From Camelus dromedarius (lineage: Eukaryota): 64,000 nucleotides of DNA. Where the stretch lies: assembly GCF_036321535.1 (NCBI RefSeq), contig NC_087472.1, positions 102,364,001-102,428,000 on the forward strand. The letters are read 5' to 3'. The translations under genes and the position numbers were made by a program. Positions 42,430 through 56,510 of the stretch are shown here, in pieces (the first letter of the stretch is position 1; each line of letters opens with the position of its first letter). Below the pieces are notes generated by a model, which saw only the letters and a list, made by a program, of their open reading frames with translations, was not told the DNA's origin and did not search any database.

Positions 42430-43700
42430 GAGGGCTGGATTGGGAAGACCGGCTCTCTGCGATGCTGCTCGCAACTCTCCGGAACCCAGGTCCTCCAGCA
42501 TCGCCTCCCCATCGCCCACCCAAGTGCAGCCAAGCCGGTGGCTCCCAGAGAGGAGCTCCGGGGCCTGGGTCCCGGGGGCCGAGCAGTCCCGCTCGCCTGC
42601 CCGCGTAGTGGAGGGGAGAGCAGGGGGCGGGGGAAAGGGGGCGCAGCGCAGCCCCGACTCCCGCGCGGTTATCTTACTGCGCAACAGCCTAGCCCGCGTC
42701 GCCCAGGCGCACCCGCAACGCGCCCTGCACACCTGCCCTGCGCGAGGAGGGCGAGCCCGCGACCCCAGGCAGCACCTAGACGGCGGCGCCCAGGGCTGGG
42801 AACAAGGGAAACCCACGGTAGGCGGGGGCTGGGATCGGCAACACCTGGTGCCCGGGGCCCCGCGGCGCCGGCTGCACGTGGCTGTCATACCTGGCGCGCC
42901 CCCGCCAAGCACGCCAAGCACCCCTTCCCGCTCCCACCAGGCTGCGCCCCCTGCTTTCCCTCCCGCCTCCGCCGCGCGCCCCCAAACCCCAACCATCGCC
43001 CCCTCCCACCCCATCCATCCCGGTCCCACTCCCCCAACCTGCTCCCACCGTCGTCACCCCCAGGAGGGAAGGGGGCCGGATGTTCGTCCAGTGGCTAAGG
43101 GTAACCAGGGAGAGTGAAGAGGTGGACCCCGAAATAGCTAGCCCCAGCATTCCCCCGGCCCGGCACAACGCGGGCGCCTCCCCCCCCAGACCGACCTTCT
43201 GCCGCGGGCTGCGTCGCCGTCCGCTCCGTCCGGCCTCAACCACCTCCTCAGCGCCGCCGCTTCTTCCCCGCGCAGCCTCCTCTACCCGCGTCGCCATGAG
43301 GTGACGGCAGCAGCCAAACAAGCGGCCCGACAAGGGGCACGGAACCTCACGGGGCCTCGTGCCCCGCCCCTGAATCCCTCCGCCAATCGCCGTGAGCATT
43401 GCTCCCCACGTGACCGGAGGAGGTTGGCCCCCCGAGGGAACGGAGTGGGATGGGGGTGGGGAGCATTGAAGCCTGGGCTGGGCTTCTGCAGGGCCGAAGG
43501 GCGAACGGAGGCCGCGCGAGTCTGCGCCAACTGAAAACTGGACTCCCGAACCGACTACAAGTCCCAGCAGGCGGCGCGGCCACGGCTCGCGGGCCCGGAT
43601 CAGGATTGGAGCGTAATGCGGCGTTCTGAGATGGGGCGAGTATACACTGTGCTGCGCGTGCAGCCTACTGGGACTTGTAGTTTTCTGGGGACCACCTACC
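42430..43700 (-). promoter_or_regulatory. TXLNG: TXLNG CpG-island promoter
   Basis: Very GC- and CpG-rich; GC box GCCCCGCCCC 43361-43370, CCAAT 43383-43387, E-box CACGTG 43407-43412, two ACTACAnnTCCCA (ZNF143/THAP11-type) motifs at 43554-43572 and 43663-43681. Confidence 0.9.
43196..43297 (-). CDS. TXLNG: TXLNG (gamma-taxilin) coding exon 1, MATRVEEAARGRSGGAEEVVEAGRSGRRRSPRQK
   Basis: ATG at 43297-43295; 34 codons match the N-terminus of mammalian gamma-taxilin; GT donor at 43195-43194; lies in a CpG island. Confidence 0.96.
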
Positions 43701-45358
43701 GATACCGGAAGGTATTCTTTATTATCCTGGAGGAAAAGTTTAGAAATATTTCAGGGTTTGGGAAGGACCATGGTCGGGGACACGTTGTGCTTTTGTTGCT
43801 CTTCTTCGAAATTGAGCCTGAATGATTGGGGGGTAAGGGGAAATACTTCGCTACTTTCAAGGTGGGAGAGATGTAAGAATTTGAGGTTTCTGGCTCAGAC
43901 ACCTGCCGTGAGTCCTGTCCCTCCACCAGAGTTCTCAGCACTGTTTACCAGTCCCGAGCTCCTGCGGAATGGTGGCTGCATCGTGCTCACCTGGCTGGAC
44001 CGCCCGGGCTTCTAGCACAGTTCTCCGCACTTGGCGATTAATACACATTGAACGTATCCGGCTTTCTCTGCCAGTCGTTTCGTTACTGATTTTTTTTTTT
44101 AAACAAACTCGTTTGCTGAATTCGTTTTTTTGTCTTGAAGTGATTGCGAAGGGGATGGAGTTTTTCTTAGGAATACTCCTTATTTACATCTGATAGAACC
44201 AGATCTCCAATGACCGAACTTCTGACAGTACCAGACCGGCATGAAATCCTGGCATGTTGCCTTAAATAACTCATTATGAAAATTTGTGTAAATCCTATGG
44301 CTTTTTTAAAATTAGAGAATACAAAACAGTGGGAGCAGGCGCCAAAAAAAAACAAAAAACAAACTTACATTAAGAGTAAATTGCAATATTGAGGGAATTC
44401 CTTCTGTTACTTATTTCTGTAAATTTGAAGAAAGACAGAACAACTCAGTTCAGCTTTGAGATTTCAAAACTAGAGCAATTGATAACGAACCCATACCCAG
44501 ACTTTATATAAAGCTGATGGCCTCAGCGACTATTCTTAAAAGCAAAAGTCCTAGCGAGATGCAGAATAAATCTATCGGAAATTCTTCTTTTAACTCGTCC
44601 AGGGATTTGAGTGTCAAAATGTTAAATTATGGTTAAAGAGAACACCGTGCAGCTACTAAAAATGATAAACGTTTTTTAAATTGACCTAGAAAATATACAT
44701 AGCATAGTGGGCTTTAAAAAAAAATCCATTTATATAGAATTGCCTCTAGGTTTATAAAGAGATGTTTAGAAGGACATTAATCAAAATGTTCATGTTTTTC
44801 CCTGGGAGATGAGACTTGGGAGTATTTTGACTTCATGATTTTATGTATTGTGTGAGTTTAAGTACATATGGAACAAAAAAATCAATAGTTGCCTTTATTA
44901 AGAAAGCACAAGGACTATGCAAGTGGTGACCTCAAATCTTATGAGAAATGAAAAATATTTTAATTGTGTTTGTTTTATTTATACGTGTTCTTTTTTCAAA
45001 GGGATTTGGAAGGCTAGTAAACATATATAAACAATATGCCACAACAGTGTGTAGATACATGGATATATATCATATCATTCGTTTATAGACAAATAGAGAA
45101 ATGAGAAGAAAGTGAAAGTGAAAGAAGGATGGGAAAAGTAAGCTGAAGTTATGGGACCCATAAAACACATGCCTTGAGAGTCTCGTCCACAAGCTGGAGA
45201 TGAGCTATTTATTTTGAGATTCTTGACATTAGAGAAAAGAGAAAAACACAATTTACAGACTGATTCACAACATCACAAAATAAGAACCAACCGGGTGCTC
45301 GAGAGAAACAGCTAGTACTGCTCCCGTGAGAAATAGGAATTTCACAAGTCTGCTTCTT

Positions 45359-45496
45359 TTTGTTTGTTTGTTTGGGGTTTTTTTTGGGGGGGGGTGATAA
45401 TTAGGTTTACTTATTTATTCATTTTTAATGGGGATTGAACCCAGGACCTTGTGCATACTAGGCACAAACTCTACCACTGAGCTCTACCCTTCTCCC
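45359..45496 (-). mobile_element. tRNA-Ala-derived SINE (vic-1-like)
   Basis: Reverse tRNA head; TSD tcacaagtctgcttctt 45342-45358 / tcacaggtctgcttctt 45497-45513. Confidence 0.9.
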
Positions 45497-46682
45497 TCAC
45501 AGGTCTGCTTCTTACAATGTCTTTAATGGAGGCGATGTTGGCTTTTAAATCTGTCCAAAAGTTCTCTGATGCTCCTCCTTCCAAAGGTGGAGTCTGATTC
45601 CCTGGTTCTTGCTCCCAGGTTTAGGGATTGGATTAGAAGGAAAATAGTTTAGCTGGAGGGATATGTAGCTTCCCAGGCTGGGGAGACAAAGAATAGCTTC
45701 TGCCTGGCTCTCCGGGTCTTGGATCGCTCTCTTCTTCCCTGGGTCAGACTAACCTGATTTTGGTAGACCCATTCTTTGTTTAGAATTTTATCTTAAATAT
45801 CTTCAAAGAGGTTACTGTCAAGCCTTAGCCCAAGGCTGTGAAAAGCCCTGAGCTTATCTCTGCTGAGATCCCTTGCTGGGGTTATATTTTAGGTTTTCAA
45901 GGGCTGTCATTTCTTTTTGTCCAAGTCTTTAAGAGGCACCCCTTGTTCTGTCTGCATTAATTATTCTCACATTTGCTCAAGGAGTTGTCTCTGTTTAGAA
46001 CTGTGTCTGCCAGAAAGATGAAGGTCACAGGAAAAACAGCTCCTCACCAGTAGCGGTATATTCTCCCCAGGCTCCCTCAATGCCATGAATACCTGAATAC
46101 AGCCCACTTATTCTTATGTTTAGTAAACAGCCAGGAGCCTGAGACACAAAACTGTTTCTTTAAGAGTAGTCAGCTTTCAGTGATTCCCCTAGCTCTCAGT
46201 CCTTTTAAGAGGCCAACTCGCCACTATAACAGAAGCAGGATTCTGTTGGACTTATAGCCAGTATCAGGGAACTGGAACCCTCAGAGCTCATAGCTGGACC
46301 CAGGGCCATTTAGAGGTTTGGCCTGACCCTTAAGGGAACAGGCTTCAGAGTGCTAGGTTCTCATACCCTGTCAATGCAAGGGTGAGAAGTGTCTCAGAAG
46401 TTTTAAACAATACACGTATCTAGTATATCATTAATTTCAACAATGTGAGCCCATTTCTGACACCCATCATACTGGCTAACAAGCTACTAATTTCACCAAC
46501 AAAAACCCATTTCTATCCTTCATTTTGCTGCTCAGCAAAGCCTCTGCTGTTGACTGAGCTACGGCTAACAGAAGCATTTGTAGTAGCCAGAATCTGGAAT
46601 ACGGACTTCCTGATTAATATAGCTGACTACCCCTGTGTGTGAAGTCCTGAGTGGGATCATTGCCAGCCCTTAATTTAACACA

Positions 46683-46683
<1 letters not shown>

Positions 46684-46714
<31 letters not shown>

Positions 46715-46742
46715 AGACTACTAATACTGCTACTACTACTAC
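46684..46742. repeat. (AC)n microsatellite followed by (CTA)n
   Basis: acacacac... then actactaatactgctactactact. Confidence 0.9.
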
Positions 46743-46944
46743 ATGGCCTTTGCGGGCAGTAAACTACAGATCTCGTCATGCTCTATATAATATGATCAAA
46801 GGTACTGACAAATCTAAAGAAGCAGTGTGGAAACCTAGAAAAGGGAAAGTCAGGGAGGACAGACTGGCAGCGCCCATCCAAGCAAAGTTTGGGAAAAAGA
46901 GAATCTTGGTCAAAAAAGAGAATTTCAAAAATAACAGCCCCATG

Positions 46945-47190
46945 GGGAGGGATAAATTGGGAGTTTCGAGATTTGCAGATACTAACTACTACATATAAAA
47001 TAGATAAACAACAAGGGCCTACTGTAGCACACAGGGAACTCTTTTCAATTTCTTATAATAAGGTATAAGGGAAAAGAATTTGAAAAATATATATATATGT
47101 ATGTATAGGTGAAACTGAATTGCTTTGCTATATACCTGAAGCTAGCATTGTAAATCAACTACATTTCAATAAAAAGTAAAATTTAAAAAA
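46945..47190 (+). mobile_element. Short L1 3' UTR insertion
   Basis: gggataaattgggagtttcgagatttgcagatact...aaatcaactac..aataaaaa; aaaaataaca on both flanks. Confidence 0.82.
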
Positions 47191-47371
47191 ATAACATCCC
47201 CTTTTGCAAGGTGTGGGGATGGAGGCGTCATCATTCTAATTTAATGCCTTTGAAAGGGAGAATTGTTTTGATTTCTTATTCACTGCAACAACCTTCCCAT
47301 TAGGCTCTGTCTCCCTGTGTTGGTCTGACTGTGGAGCGGGAGAGAGAGAGCAAAAGGATGTAGATGTGTGC

Positions 47372-47821
47372 TGTTGACTGAAAAATAAATCCACCACCTA
47401 AAAGTGGAGAATGCTGTTTTATTTGGTGGACTTACTGAGGACTCAAGCCAGGGGCATCTCAGATGGCTCTGAAAACCTATTCCAAAGAGGTAAGAGAGGA
47501 GCCAGGATATATAGGAATCTTTTGCTGAGGAAAAAAAACCATGTAGTCCAATATCAGAACATCAAAAAATTACTGCTAATCACAAAAACAGACATCTCAA
47601 GTTAATGATTTTAGTGCTTTTCTATGTATGGGAAGATGCAAGAGTCTGGGTTCATTGAAATCATTCCTTTGATCTGCACCTTAACTGTCGAGGTCCAGTA
47701 TGTTTTTCTCCATCCTGAATCCCCTTCAGGTGCACAGGTAGGGGCAGCTACAGTGGCTGGTGGCTTTATGGCCACAACATCCTTTGTTTACTGAAGTGGC
47801 AGGCAACATTCTTTGTCCACA
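47372..47821. mobile_element. Probable ERV solo LTR
   Basis: Begins TGTTGAC and ends GTCCACA (imperfect terminal inverted repeat); 4-bp flanks gtgc / gtgt. Confidence 0.6.
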
Positions 47822-48375
47822 GTGTACACTTCCATGCAGTGAAATGCTTTCATTGCTTACAGTTAATAAAGGGACATTCTGACTTTGTAAATCAGGGCTG
47901 AGCGCTGGAGAGGGCGCATTCTAGGAGTGTGTTCAGAAGCCCCTCCAGCGCCCAGAATGTTTTGGGTGTTCCTGTTTTGTACCTCCAGCAGGCTGTACTT
48001 CCCAGACAGGCCAGTCCACTCCTCAGTGTAAGGGCTTGTTTAGTTGACTCCCCCAGCCAGGTGCTAAACGAAGTGAGGGCAGGGGCTGTGCCCACGGAGC
48101 TCCTGTCCCCAGTGCCCAGCAGCACGCCAGGCTCAGAGAAAGCTCTCCATATATACTTCTGGCGAAAAAGAGCCTCTGAATAGATAAAATACACCGATCA
48201 CTCAGTTTTCTGAATCTACAGATGAGGGTCAAACCTCCAGTTTCCCAAGGAATTGGGAAATTCTTTGAAATTCTTCCCCATCCCTTTGTGTGACCTCTTA
48301 GAGAGTCTCCTGGTAGCCACAGAGCTGAGATCATCCCAGGGTAAACCTGGTGGCAATAGAAAGCTTTTATTCACT

Positions 48376-48566
48376 GGGGGTGAGGGAATAGCTCAGTGGT
48401 AGGGTACATGCCTAGCATGCCTGAGGTCTTGGGTTCAATCCCCTGTACCTCCATTAAAAAAATGAATAATCTAATTACCTCCCCTCAAAAAAGATGAAAA
48501 AATGCTAAGTAAAAATTAAAAAATAAAATAGTTGAACAAATGATTTAAAAATTAAATTAAAAGAAA
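48376..48566 (+). mobile_element. tRNA-Ala-derived SINE (vic-1-like)
   Basis: atagctcagtggtag...gggttcaatcccc, ctaattacctcccc, long A-rich tail; degenerate TSD agaaagcttttattca / agaaagttttcattca. Confidence 0.87.
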
Positions 48567-51500
48567 AGAAAGTTTTCATTCATTGATTAAACATTTACTG
48601 AGCACCTACTACATTCCTAGACACCCAGCATACCACGGTTTAGAAAAAGGGCTGTCACACCAACACTGGACAGTGACACACATAACAAACAATAACAATT
48701 CAGAAGATAGAGGTATTGCAAAGTAACCTCTTGAGCATTATTTTCTACTGGTGGTGGGGAGGTTAAAGGAAGGTTTAAAGTGACATCTGAGCCGTATCTT
48801 GAAGGGACAACAGGAGTTAAATTAACCACGCTAGTTTGTCCACCTCAGAGTATTTTCAGAGAAAGAAAAACTCCTACTAACCATTAAAATAGCCAAGAGT
48901 ATTATTACAACAAAAGAGTTGAATTTCATGTTTGTTGCATGCTATTAGGGTTGTAGGCACTGAAAAGGAGTATTTGCCTTTTCATAGAACAAAGAGCTTA
49001 TTATTTAATTTGATTACTCAATACCATCCTTCTGGGCTCACCCTGATTTTAGTCCTTATAGGAATTTGGCCAATTTCAGCATTTGCTATACACGTCCACA
49101 TTTCTGGCAGACAGTGTAAGATTTAAAAAATGATTATACTTTAAACCCAGTTTGCTCAGGCATATTGATGGCAGGCTGTAGAGTGTACTATTAGATTGGC
49201 AGACACTGGGGTACCAGCTCCAGCAGGAAGAGGATACTTAAAGACTTGTCATGTATGGGCTACTGTGAGAGAGTACATGCATTTCCAAAATTCAAAGACA
49301 TATATTGTGTATATAGGCTTCATGAATTTTGTTCTGATTTATTTCTACAAGTCTCAGCCAGAATTACAGACTTTCAAGGAAATGAAAAGTATATTTGTGT
49401 ATAAAGACAATGGTAAAGAAAAATACAAAATACTTGTGAGGTATTTTCTATTGAAAAATCACTATATAAAATGTCAGGTTTTCCTTCAGAGAATATTTCT
49501 GACATGAAATAACCTTCTTCACCAGTGTTTTCCAAAGTTGGTCCAAAAAGCCCAGTTTCAATTTCTCCTGGAATTATAAAATACAGATTCAAGTCCCGCC
49601 CCCCCAAGATCTAATTTGGAGAAGATTGGCGTCTTTAGGTATATTTGTCTTCCCATCCATTAATGTAGTAAATCTTTCCTTTATTTAGGTTTTCTTTGAT
49701 ATCTCCTTACATGGCATGTACATCTTTTGTCAGGTTTATCCCTAACTACTTTGTATTTTTTGCTTGCTAATTCAAACGGTAAAATGAAAATATTAGAATG
49801 AAATAATTTCAGACATACAATCAGCTATAAAGAAAATATAATGAATAACTGCTGTTGGTGCATCAGTCATGTCCTGTCAAAAGACAGAGATAAAAGTTAT
49901 TTTCACAGACAAAATTTAATATAAAGAATGGTTAACTCATGTATTGGAGGGCTGAAAAGGCAAAAAGGGAACACTAAGGTAGGAATTGTAGAAACAGCTA
50001 CAATTCCTAAAATTGGTACCAAAAAAGGAGAGAGGTTATTATTATGAAGACTAACAGAAACAGTGACCTACTGAACAGCACAGGGAACTATATTCAATAT
50101 CTTGTAATAGACTATTATGGAAAAGAATAAAAATAAGATTCTGGATATATACATATATATGTATAACCAAAATCACTCTGCTGTATAGCTAAAACTAACC
50201 CAATATTGTAAATCAACTATACTTCATTTAAAAAAAAACACAACTGACTTGGAGGAGGGGCCCAGACCTCTGACGAGGGGACGCTGTCGATGCCAGGGTC
50301 GCACCGTGAGGTTGGTTCTGGGGAAAAGCTGCCCAAGGGAATCAACTGCAACCACTGAAACCGATTAGAGCCAGGAGAAAACCGCCGCTGAGTTTCTGCA
50401 GACAAAACCCGGAAACAAGTCCCCTCTCACCTCCAGCCTGCTCTCTAGCGCCTCCCAGTGGCAGGGCCCAACAGGGAGCAGCTGGCTAAGGAGAAAGGAG
50501 CGCGCAAGCGCAGGTGCTTGGCTTCTGGCTGGATGGGGTCCTTCCTGGAGGCCCTCAGCTTGGCTGGGCTTTTGCGGTGTCAGTGGCCCTAATGGCAAAG
50601 GGACATATTTACAGTGTCATTATCAATGCTAAATTTCTAACAATAATCTCTTCATATCATCCAATAGCCAGTCCCTTTTCAAATTTACCCTATTGTCTCT
50701 AGGCTGTATAGAGTATACATACATACCTAATATCATATGTTTTTACATTTATTGAGGTGAAAGTCACATAACATAAAGTCAGCCATTTTAAAGTGAACAA
50801 TTCAGTAGCCTTTGGTACATTCACAGTATTGTGCAACCACCACCTCTATCTAGTTCCAAAACATTTCCATCACTCCAAAATAAAACTCATTAAGCAATTT
50901 CTCCCCATTCCTCTTCTCCCCCAACTACCAATCTTTGTTCTGTCTGAATAATTCATATAAATGCAATCATGCCATGTGCGATCTTGTTTCACTTAGCATA
51001 ATGTATATATATTATTATAGGTACATATCTATAATTTTTAAAGTCTCATTCATGTTGGAAAGGCAGCTAGCAGTGCCTGTAACACTTTTTCGTTCCTAAT
51101 ATTATTCAACTTTCTCTTTTCTTCATCAGTGTTTCTTTGAGCCTAATCTTGGTTAATATTCATTCGTTCATTTCTGTTTTTCTATTTTCTTCTTTCTATT
51201 TTTTTTGATGTGTAAGGAAATGGCCTTATTGATGTTTCATATTTTAAAAGTAATATATACTAAGTGAAAAACTTTCAGACAGATATTGAGTCAAAAATGA
51301 TCACCTATAATCTTACCACCAAGACAGAGCCATTATTAACACTTTATTGTAAAGCCTTCCAGTTTTCCAGATACAGCAGTAGACAGCACACACCCATGAG
51401 CATGCATAATTTTTCAACTTTTTAAAAAATGGTAAAATATACATAACATAAAATTTACCATTTTAATCATTTAGTAATAGTGAATGGATGAACTAGGCAC

Positions 51501-51618
51501 TGAATATCAACAGCTCCCAAGGTCCACTGGGAGAAACCAGCAGCCATTTATGTCTCTTGATGTGAGAACACCCACCATGTAAGCTTTGTGTCAATGTGAT
51601 CAAAACTGAGTGGGATTG

Positions 51619-51781
51619 TGGGGAGGGTAGAGCTCAGTGGCAGAGTTCCTGCCTAGCATACATGAGGTCCTAGGTTCAATCCCTGGTACCTCCATTAACT
51701 AAATAAACCTAATTACCCCCAAAAAATTGTTTTAAAAAAGTTTTTTAAAAACCACCAAAGTTAAAACAAATTTAAAAAATA
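51619..51781 (+). mobile_element. tRNA-Ala-derived SINE (vic-1-like)
   Basis: agctcagtggcagag...ggttcaatccc, aacctaattacccc and A-rich tail. Confidence 0.87.
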
Positions 51782-52749
51782 GAAATTGAGTGAGATCAAA
51801 CCTGGGCATCCAGCTGCCAGCTTGCAGGAAGTACCAAGGGCAGAGTTAGTTACTCCTGGAGCTATACTTGGAGTTTGCAGTCAGCAACATCCACACTGCA
51901 GGGAGGGGCAGGGGTCAAAGGGCCCGGGTTCCTCTGTAGATAAATTGTAAAGAAAAGAAAGGGATGGAGGGGAAACTGCAGATAAAATGACTTAAAAGAC
52001 ATTTACAAAAATGGGCAAGACTAAACCACAGTGTCTAGGGACACACACATCAGGCACACATGGGTGAACCATAAAGAAACAAGCACATGGTGACTGTAGA
52101 AGTCTTCTGGGGAGGAGGGAGGGAGGGAACAGTGATGGGGCTGGGGCCTTGGAGGGTATTCTGGGGTTGTGGGGGGAGCTGGCAAAGATCTGTTTCTTGA
52201 CATGCACTGAGGTTACCAGGGTATTTGCCTACAAATAATTTATTAAGCTACACATTTGTTTGTATGTTCTACCTTTATTTTCCAAAAAACACAAAACCCC
52301 CCCCAAAAATCCCACAGAAGTCTCCTGCTTCACACATCCCCATCTCTCAACTCCTACTACCCAGAGACCACCATTTTCATCTCTTTAAACAGTCTCCTTT
52401 ACTTGCCACTATATTTTGTACTAACAGACTTTTTTTTTCTTTTTTAAATCTGTTTTATGATTTTCACTTTTAGATCTCGGTGTAGACTTCTAGCTGCCCA
52501 CTTTGAGATCAATTCTTCCTTCTTTCTTAGTAATACACACCCCCTCCAAATTACTAGTTGGACACATGGACATCGAGGATAAGACTATATTTCCCAGCCT
52601 CCCTTGCAGCTGGGCTGGCCAAATGACAAAGTCTCCAAGTGGAAATGCAGTGTGGGTGGTTTCTTATAACCAGAGAGCAGATGGTGCCATTTGCTTCTTG
52701 TCCCTTTCCCCCATCCATATGCTGGGCATGCTGGTAAACAATCCCTCTA

Positions 52750-53220
52750 GGCCAACATGCACATGAAAATATGTTTAACATCACTAATTATTAGGGAAAT
52801 GGAAATCAAAACCACAATGAGTTATTACTTCATGCCTGTCAGAATGGCTATTATCAGAGTAGTGGTTACCAGAGGGGAAGGGGGGGAAAACAGGTAAAGG
52901 GGACCACCTGTATGGTGACAGATGGAAACTAAATTTTTGGTGGTGAGCAAGGTGTAGTGTGTAAAGGAAGTTGCCATATGTTGTATACATGAAACGTATA
53001 TAATGTTATAAACCAATGTTATCTCAATTAAAAATAAAACAAACTATGTATGAAATAGCTAAACAACAAGGTCCTACTGTGTAGCACAGAGTACCGTATT
53101 CAACATCTTCTAATAACCTATAATGAAAAAGAATATATGTATAACTTAATCACTATGCTATATACCAGAAACTAACACAACTTTGTAAATCAACTATACT
53201 TCAATAAAATAAAATAAAAT
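52750..53220 (+). mobile_element. Composite of L1 3' fragments
   Basis: ctaattattagggaaatggaaatcaaaaccacaatgag, two successive L1 3' UTR ends and an (AAAAT)n tail; aaccctcta-like flanks. Confidence 0.78.
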
Positions 53221-54855
53221 AACCCCTCTAGGGAGCCGAGGACTGGAAGGAACCAGAATTCCTAGCCTCTTGGAGCACACTGCCTAGCCTTGCTCACTTC
53301 CTCTGGACTTCATCAATGTGAAATAGAAATAAGCATCCAATTTAGAACACTGTAATTTAAAATTTTCTATCCCATGTCACCAAATTTATTCTTAAATCAT
53401 AGGTATTAGATACAGATTTGTTTCTAGGCAAGAAGAGGGTCAGATGCTTTTTTAGCCACCCTCCCACACCACACCACAGGGACCAAAAGAGAATCCTAAA
53501 AGCTTCCAGAGAGAAAAGACAGGCCACATACCAAGAATCAAGAATCAGAATTGCATTAGTTTCCCAAGTGCAACACTAAAAGTTAGGAGGCAATATAGCA
53601 ATGCATTCAAACTTCTGAAAGAAAAACTTTTCTAATCAAAAATTTTAGGACAGCTGTGTGTAAATCAATGAAGTACACCACACACAGAAATCAACTCAAA
53701 ATGGCTTGAAGACTTAAATATAAGACAAGACACTGTAAACCTCCTACAAGAGAACATAGGCAAAACATTTTTTGATATAAATCTTAGCAATGCTTTGGCC
53801 ATTGGAATATGGGCAGAAGAGACATGTGTCACTTCTGAGCAGGAGCATAAGGGTCAGTTAGCCACACTCTCTTCTCTGGCTTGAGATTGGTGATGTCCCA
53901 GACAAAAGCTGCCCCTCCCCTAGGTTCTGGGGAAAGGATGACACACAGGACAGAGCTATAGACAGCCCATGAGGGACAGCTAACATGCAGGAGGAATGTT
54001 TGTTGTCGACTAGAGGCCAGCGAAGTGTTGGGGTCATATGTTACCACAAAGTAACTTAACTTTGGGTGACACAAAAAGGGGTAACCCAGAAAAGAGAAAA
54101 ATCTGAGGTCCAGAAAAAGGGACTCAACAAAAGAAAAAGGAGAAGGAAGACCCCAGCTCAAGAGCACAGATGGTCCAGATTCAAGCAGGAGGGCATAGGG
54201 TCGCTGGAGGGATGTTTCCTGAAGTGGATAAAATGACTAATTTACCTGAGGGGTTGGAATATATTGGGAGCAGAGTAACATTTCTAGCAGAGACTCTGGA
54301 AAAGAAATGGGTAATCAGTGTATAGAAAATCAAGCAAATAAAAACTGAGACAACTATTAAGTCAGAGACAAAAAGTTGAGCAAGAAAAGTAATGTATTCA
54401 TAGGACACTATATGACTAGGTTGTGAATAATATTCACATGGAAATAATGTAAAAAAGAGATTAAATTAACAAAATTAAAACAACTACATCAGAAAGATGG
54501 GATGAAGAAGTGTCTGTGTGTGTGCTGGAAGTTTCCTTAATTCTTTCATAAATTTCTCCTCTCCATTTTGTTTTCTCTTTCTGGACTTCCTTTAGTTAGA
54601 TGTAACACATTCTGGAATGATCCCCAATTTTTATCTTTTCTCTCCTATTTTTCTACAACCTGTTTTGCTCTATTTTCTAGAAGATGGTCTCAACTTTATC
54701 TTCTAATACTTCTAATGAACTTTTGACCTTTACCATCATATTTCAGTTCTCAAGACCTACTTCATATTCTCTGAATGTTCTTTTTTAATAGCATATTGTT
54801 ATTTTTTAATAAATGCAATATTTTCTAATATCTCATTCAAGATATTAGAGTCTGG

Positions 54856-54994
54856 TTTTTTTGGAGAAGGAAGTAATTAGATTTGTTTATTTATTTATTT
54901 GTTTGTTTATTTTTAATGAAGGTACTGAGAATTGAACCCAGGACCCTGTGCATGCTAGGCATGCGCTCTACCACTGAGCTCTACTCTCTACTCC
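54856..54994 (-). mobile_element. tRNA-Ala-derived SINE (vic-1-like)
   Basis: Reverse head ttgaacccagg...ctctaccactgagct; agagtctg on both flanks. Confidence 0.87.
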
Positions 54995-56510
54995 AGAGTC
55001 TGTTTTAAGTTCATTATAAAGTTTCCTATCCACCTTTCTCTTAATGGTTTTAGCATCAGTGGTGATTATTGACCAGTCCTTACTTCATCTGGCCTTGCAA
55101 AATGGTGATATTTGTATTTATTAGCTGGAATTCTTTATAAAGAACTTTCCCGCATCAGCTCTTCATGTCATCAGTACTTCTTCAAAACTCCTTCTCTATC
55201 CTGAATATAGTAAGCAAAGGGCAAAAAATTGTCAAGACAATTATTGAAGAATACTTTGTCCTGTCGAAAGGAACCAGGACTCCTTGGAAAAATGCCTGAT
55301 TTCAGGTGTGAAGCAGGAACAATAAAGGTGGGTATGGGACGTCTTGTCATCTTGGTGGTGGGGGGTATGTGTGTATGTGTATGTGTGCATGTGACAAAGC
55401 AAAGAAGCTACCAAAGACTACTAAGATTGAGTCAAAGGGACTCAGGGTCCTCCTTGAAGAAGCTCTTATTGGCCTAAGACGGGACAATTTAAACATCAAT
55501 ATTAAAAAAAATCAATAAGGAAAATAAACTTAAACCCATCAGTTAAGAAGAATCCTTAAACTGACCTCTGGTTTAAAGCCTCAACTAAGGGAGCTGAAGT
55601 CTCTGCAATTCTTTGACTTTTCTTTCTTGGTCTGAAGGAGGTACGTGCAGCTCCAGCCATCATGTCCAGGGAACGAGAGAGAGGAAAGAAGGAGGCTGAC
55701 TCAGGTTTTCTGGAAGTTCCCCTAAAGACTTTTACTTGCTTCTCACTGGCCACTCTCACCTGCTAGGGACACTAGGAAATGTAGTTTTATTTCCCCAAAC
55801 TGAGCACATTGCTACCCCTTATAATGCAGAGTGAAGAGAAAGGAGAGAAATGATACTGGAAAGGAAGCCAGTCTGTTCAGCCACACTTTCATATCTTTGA
55901 TTATATCCCATTTCTTGTTCCTAATATTATTCACGCCTCCTTTCCTTCCTTGATCAAGTCTTTAAAAAAATCATTTTGGCTTCCTTGATTCTTTGTCTGG
56001 CACTTCTGTTATGTTTATTATCCTTCCCTTCTACTTCTTTATCTTTGCTTATTATGAAGTCATTTTATTGATTTTTCTTATTTTCTCTCCATGTCAAGGA
56101 CAGAAATTTCTGAAAACAGACAAAAAAAAATAGTGTTAACAAAAAGACATAACAGCCATTAATATTTTAGTGTAAGTCTAATTTTTGTATGGGCATTTTT
56201 CTATGCACATACATGCCCAACAGACACATACACATTTCTTTTTGGAAGAAAAAGTGTAATATCAAATATATTTTTGTAACTTGTCTTTTATTTGATACTA
56301 TACGGTATCATTTGATACTATACGGTGAACCTTCTCGCGTGTCAAATATAGAGCTCCAACATCTCTGTAAGCGGTCAACAAAATCCTTTATCCAAAAAAA
56401 AAAAAAAAATTACTCTCAGAGCCTTGATGAGCAGAACTGGAGTCGGGGTCCCGGGTAGATGGGACGGGAAGCAGGCTTGGGCCGAGCTCGGGAGTTACAC
56501 TTGACTCTGG

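Noticed and set aside
42069..43583. Several long overlapping ORFs (up to 225 aa) on both strands
   Set aside because: Stop-poor CpG-island sequence with low-complexity G/P/R/A translations; only 43196-43297 matches a protein
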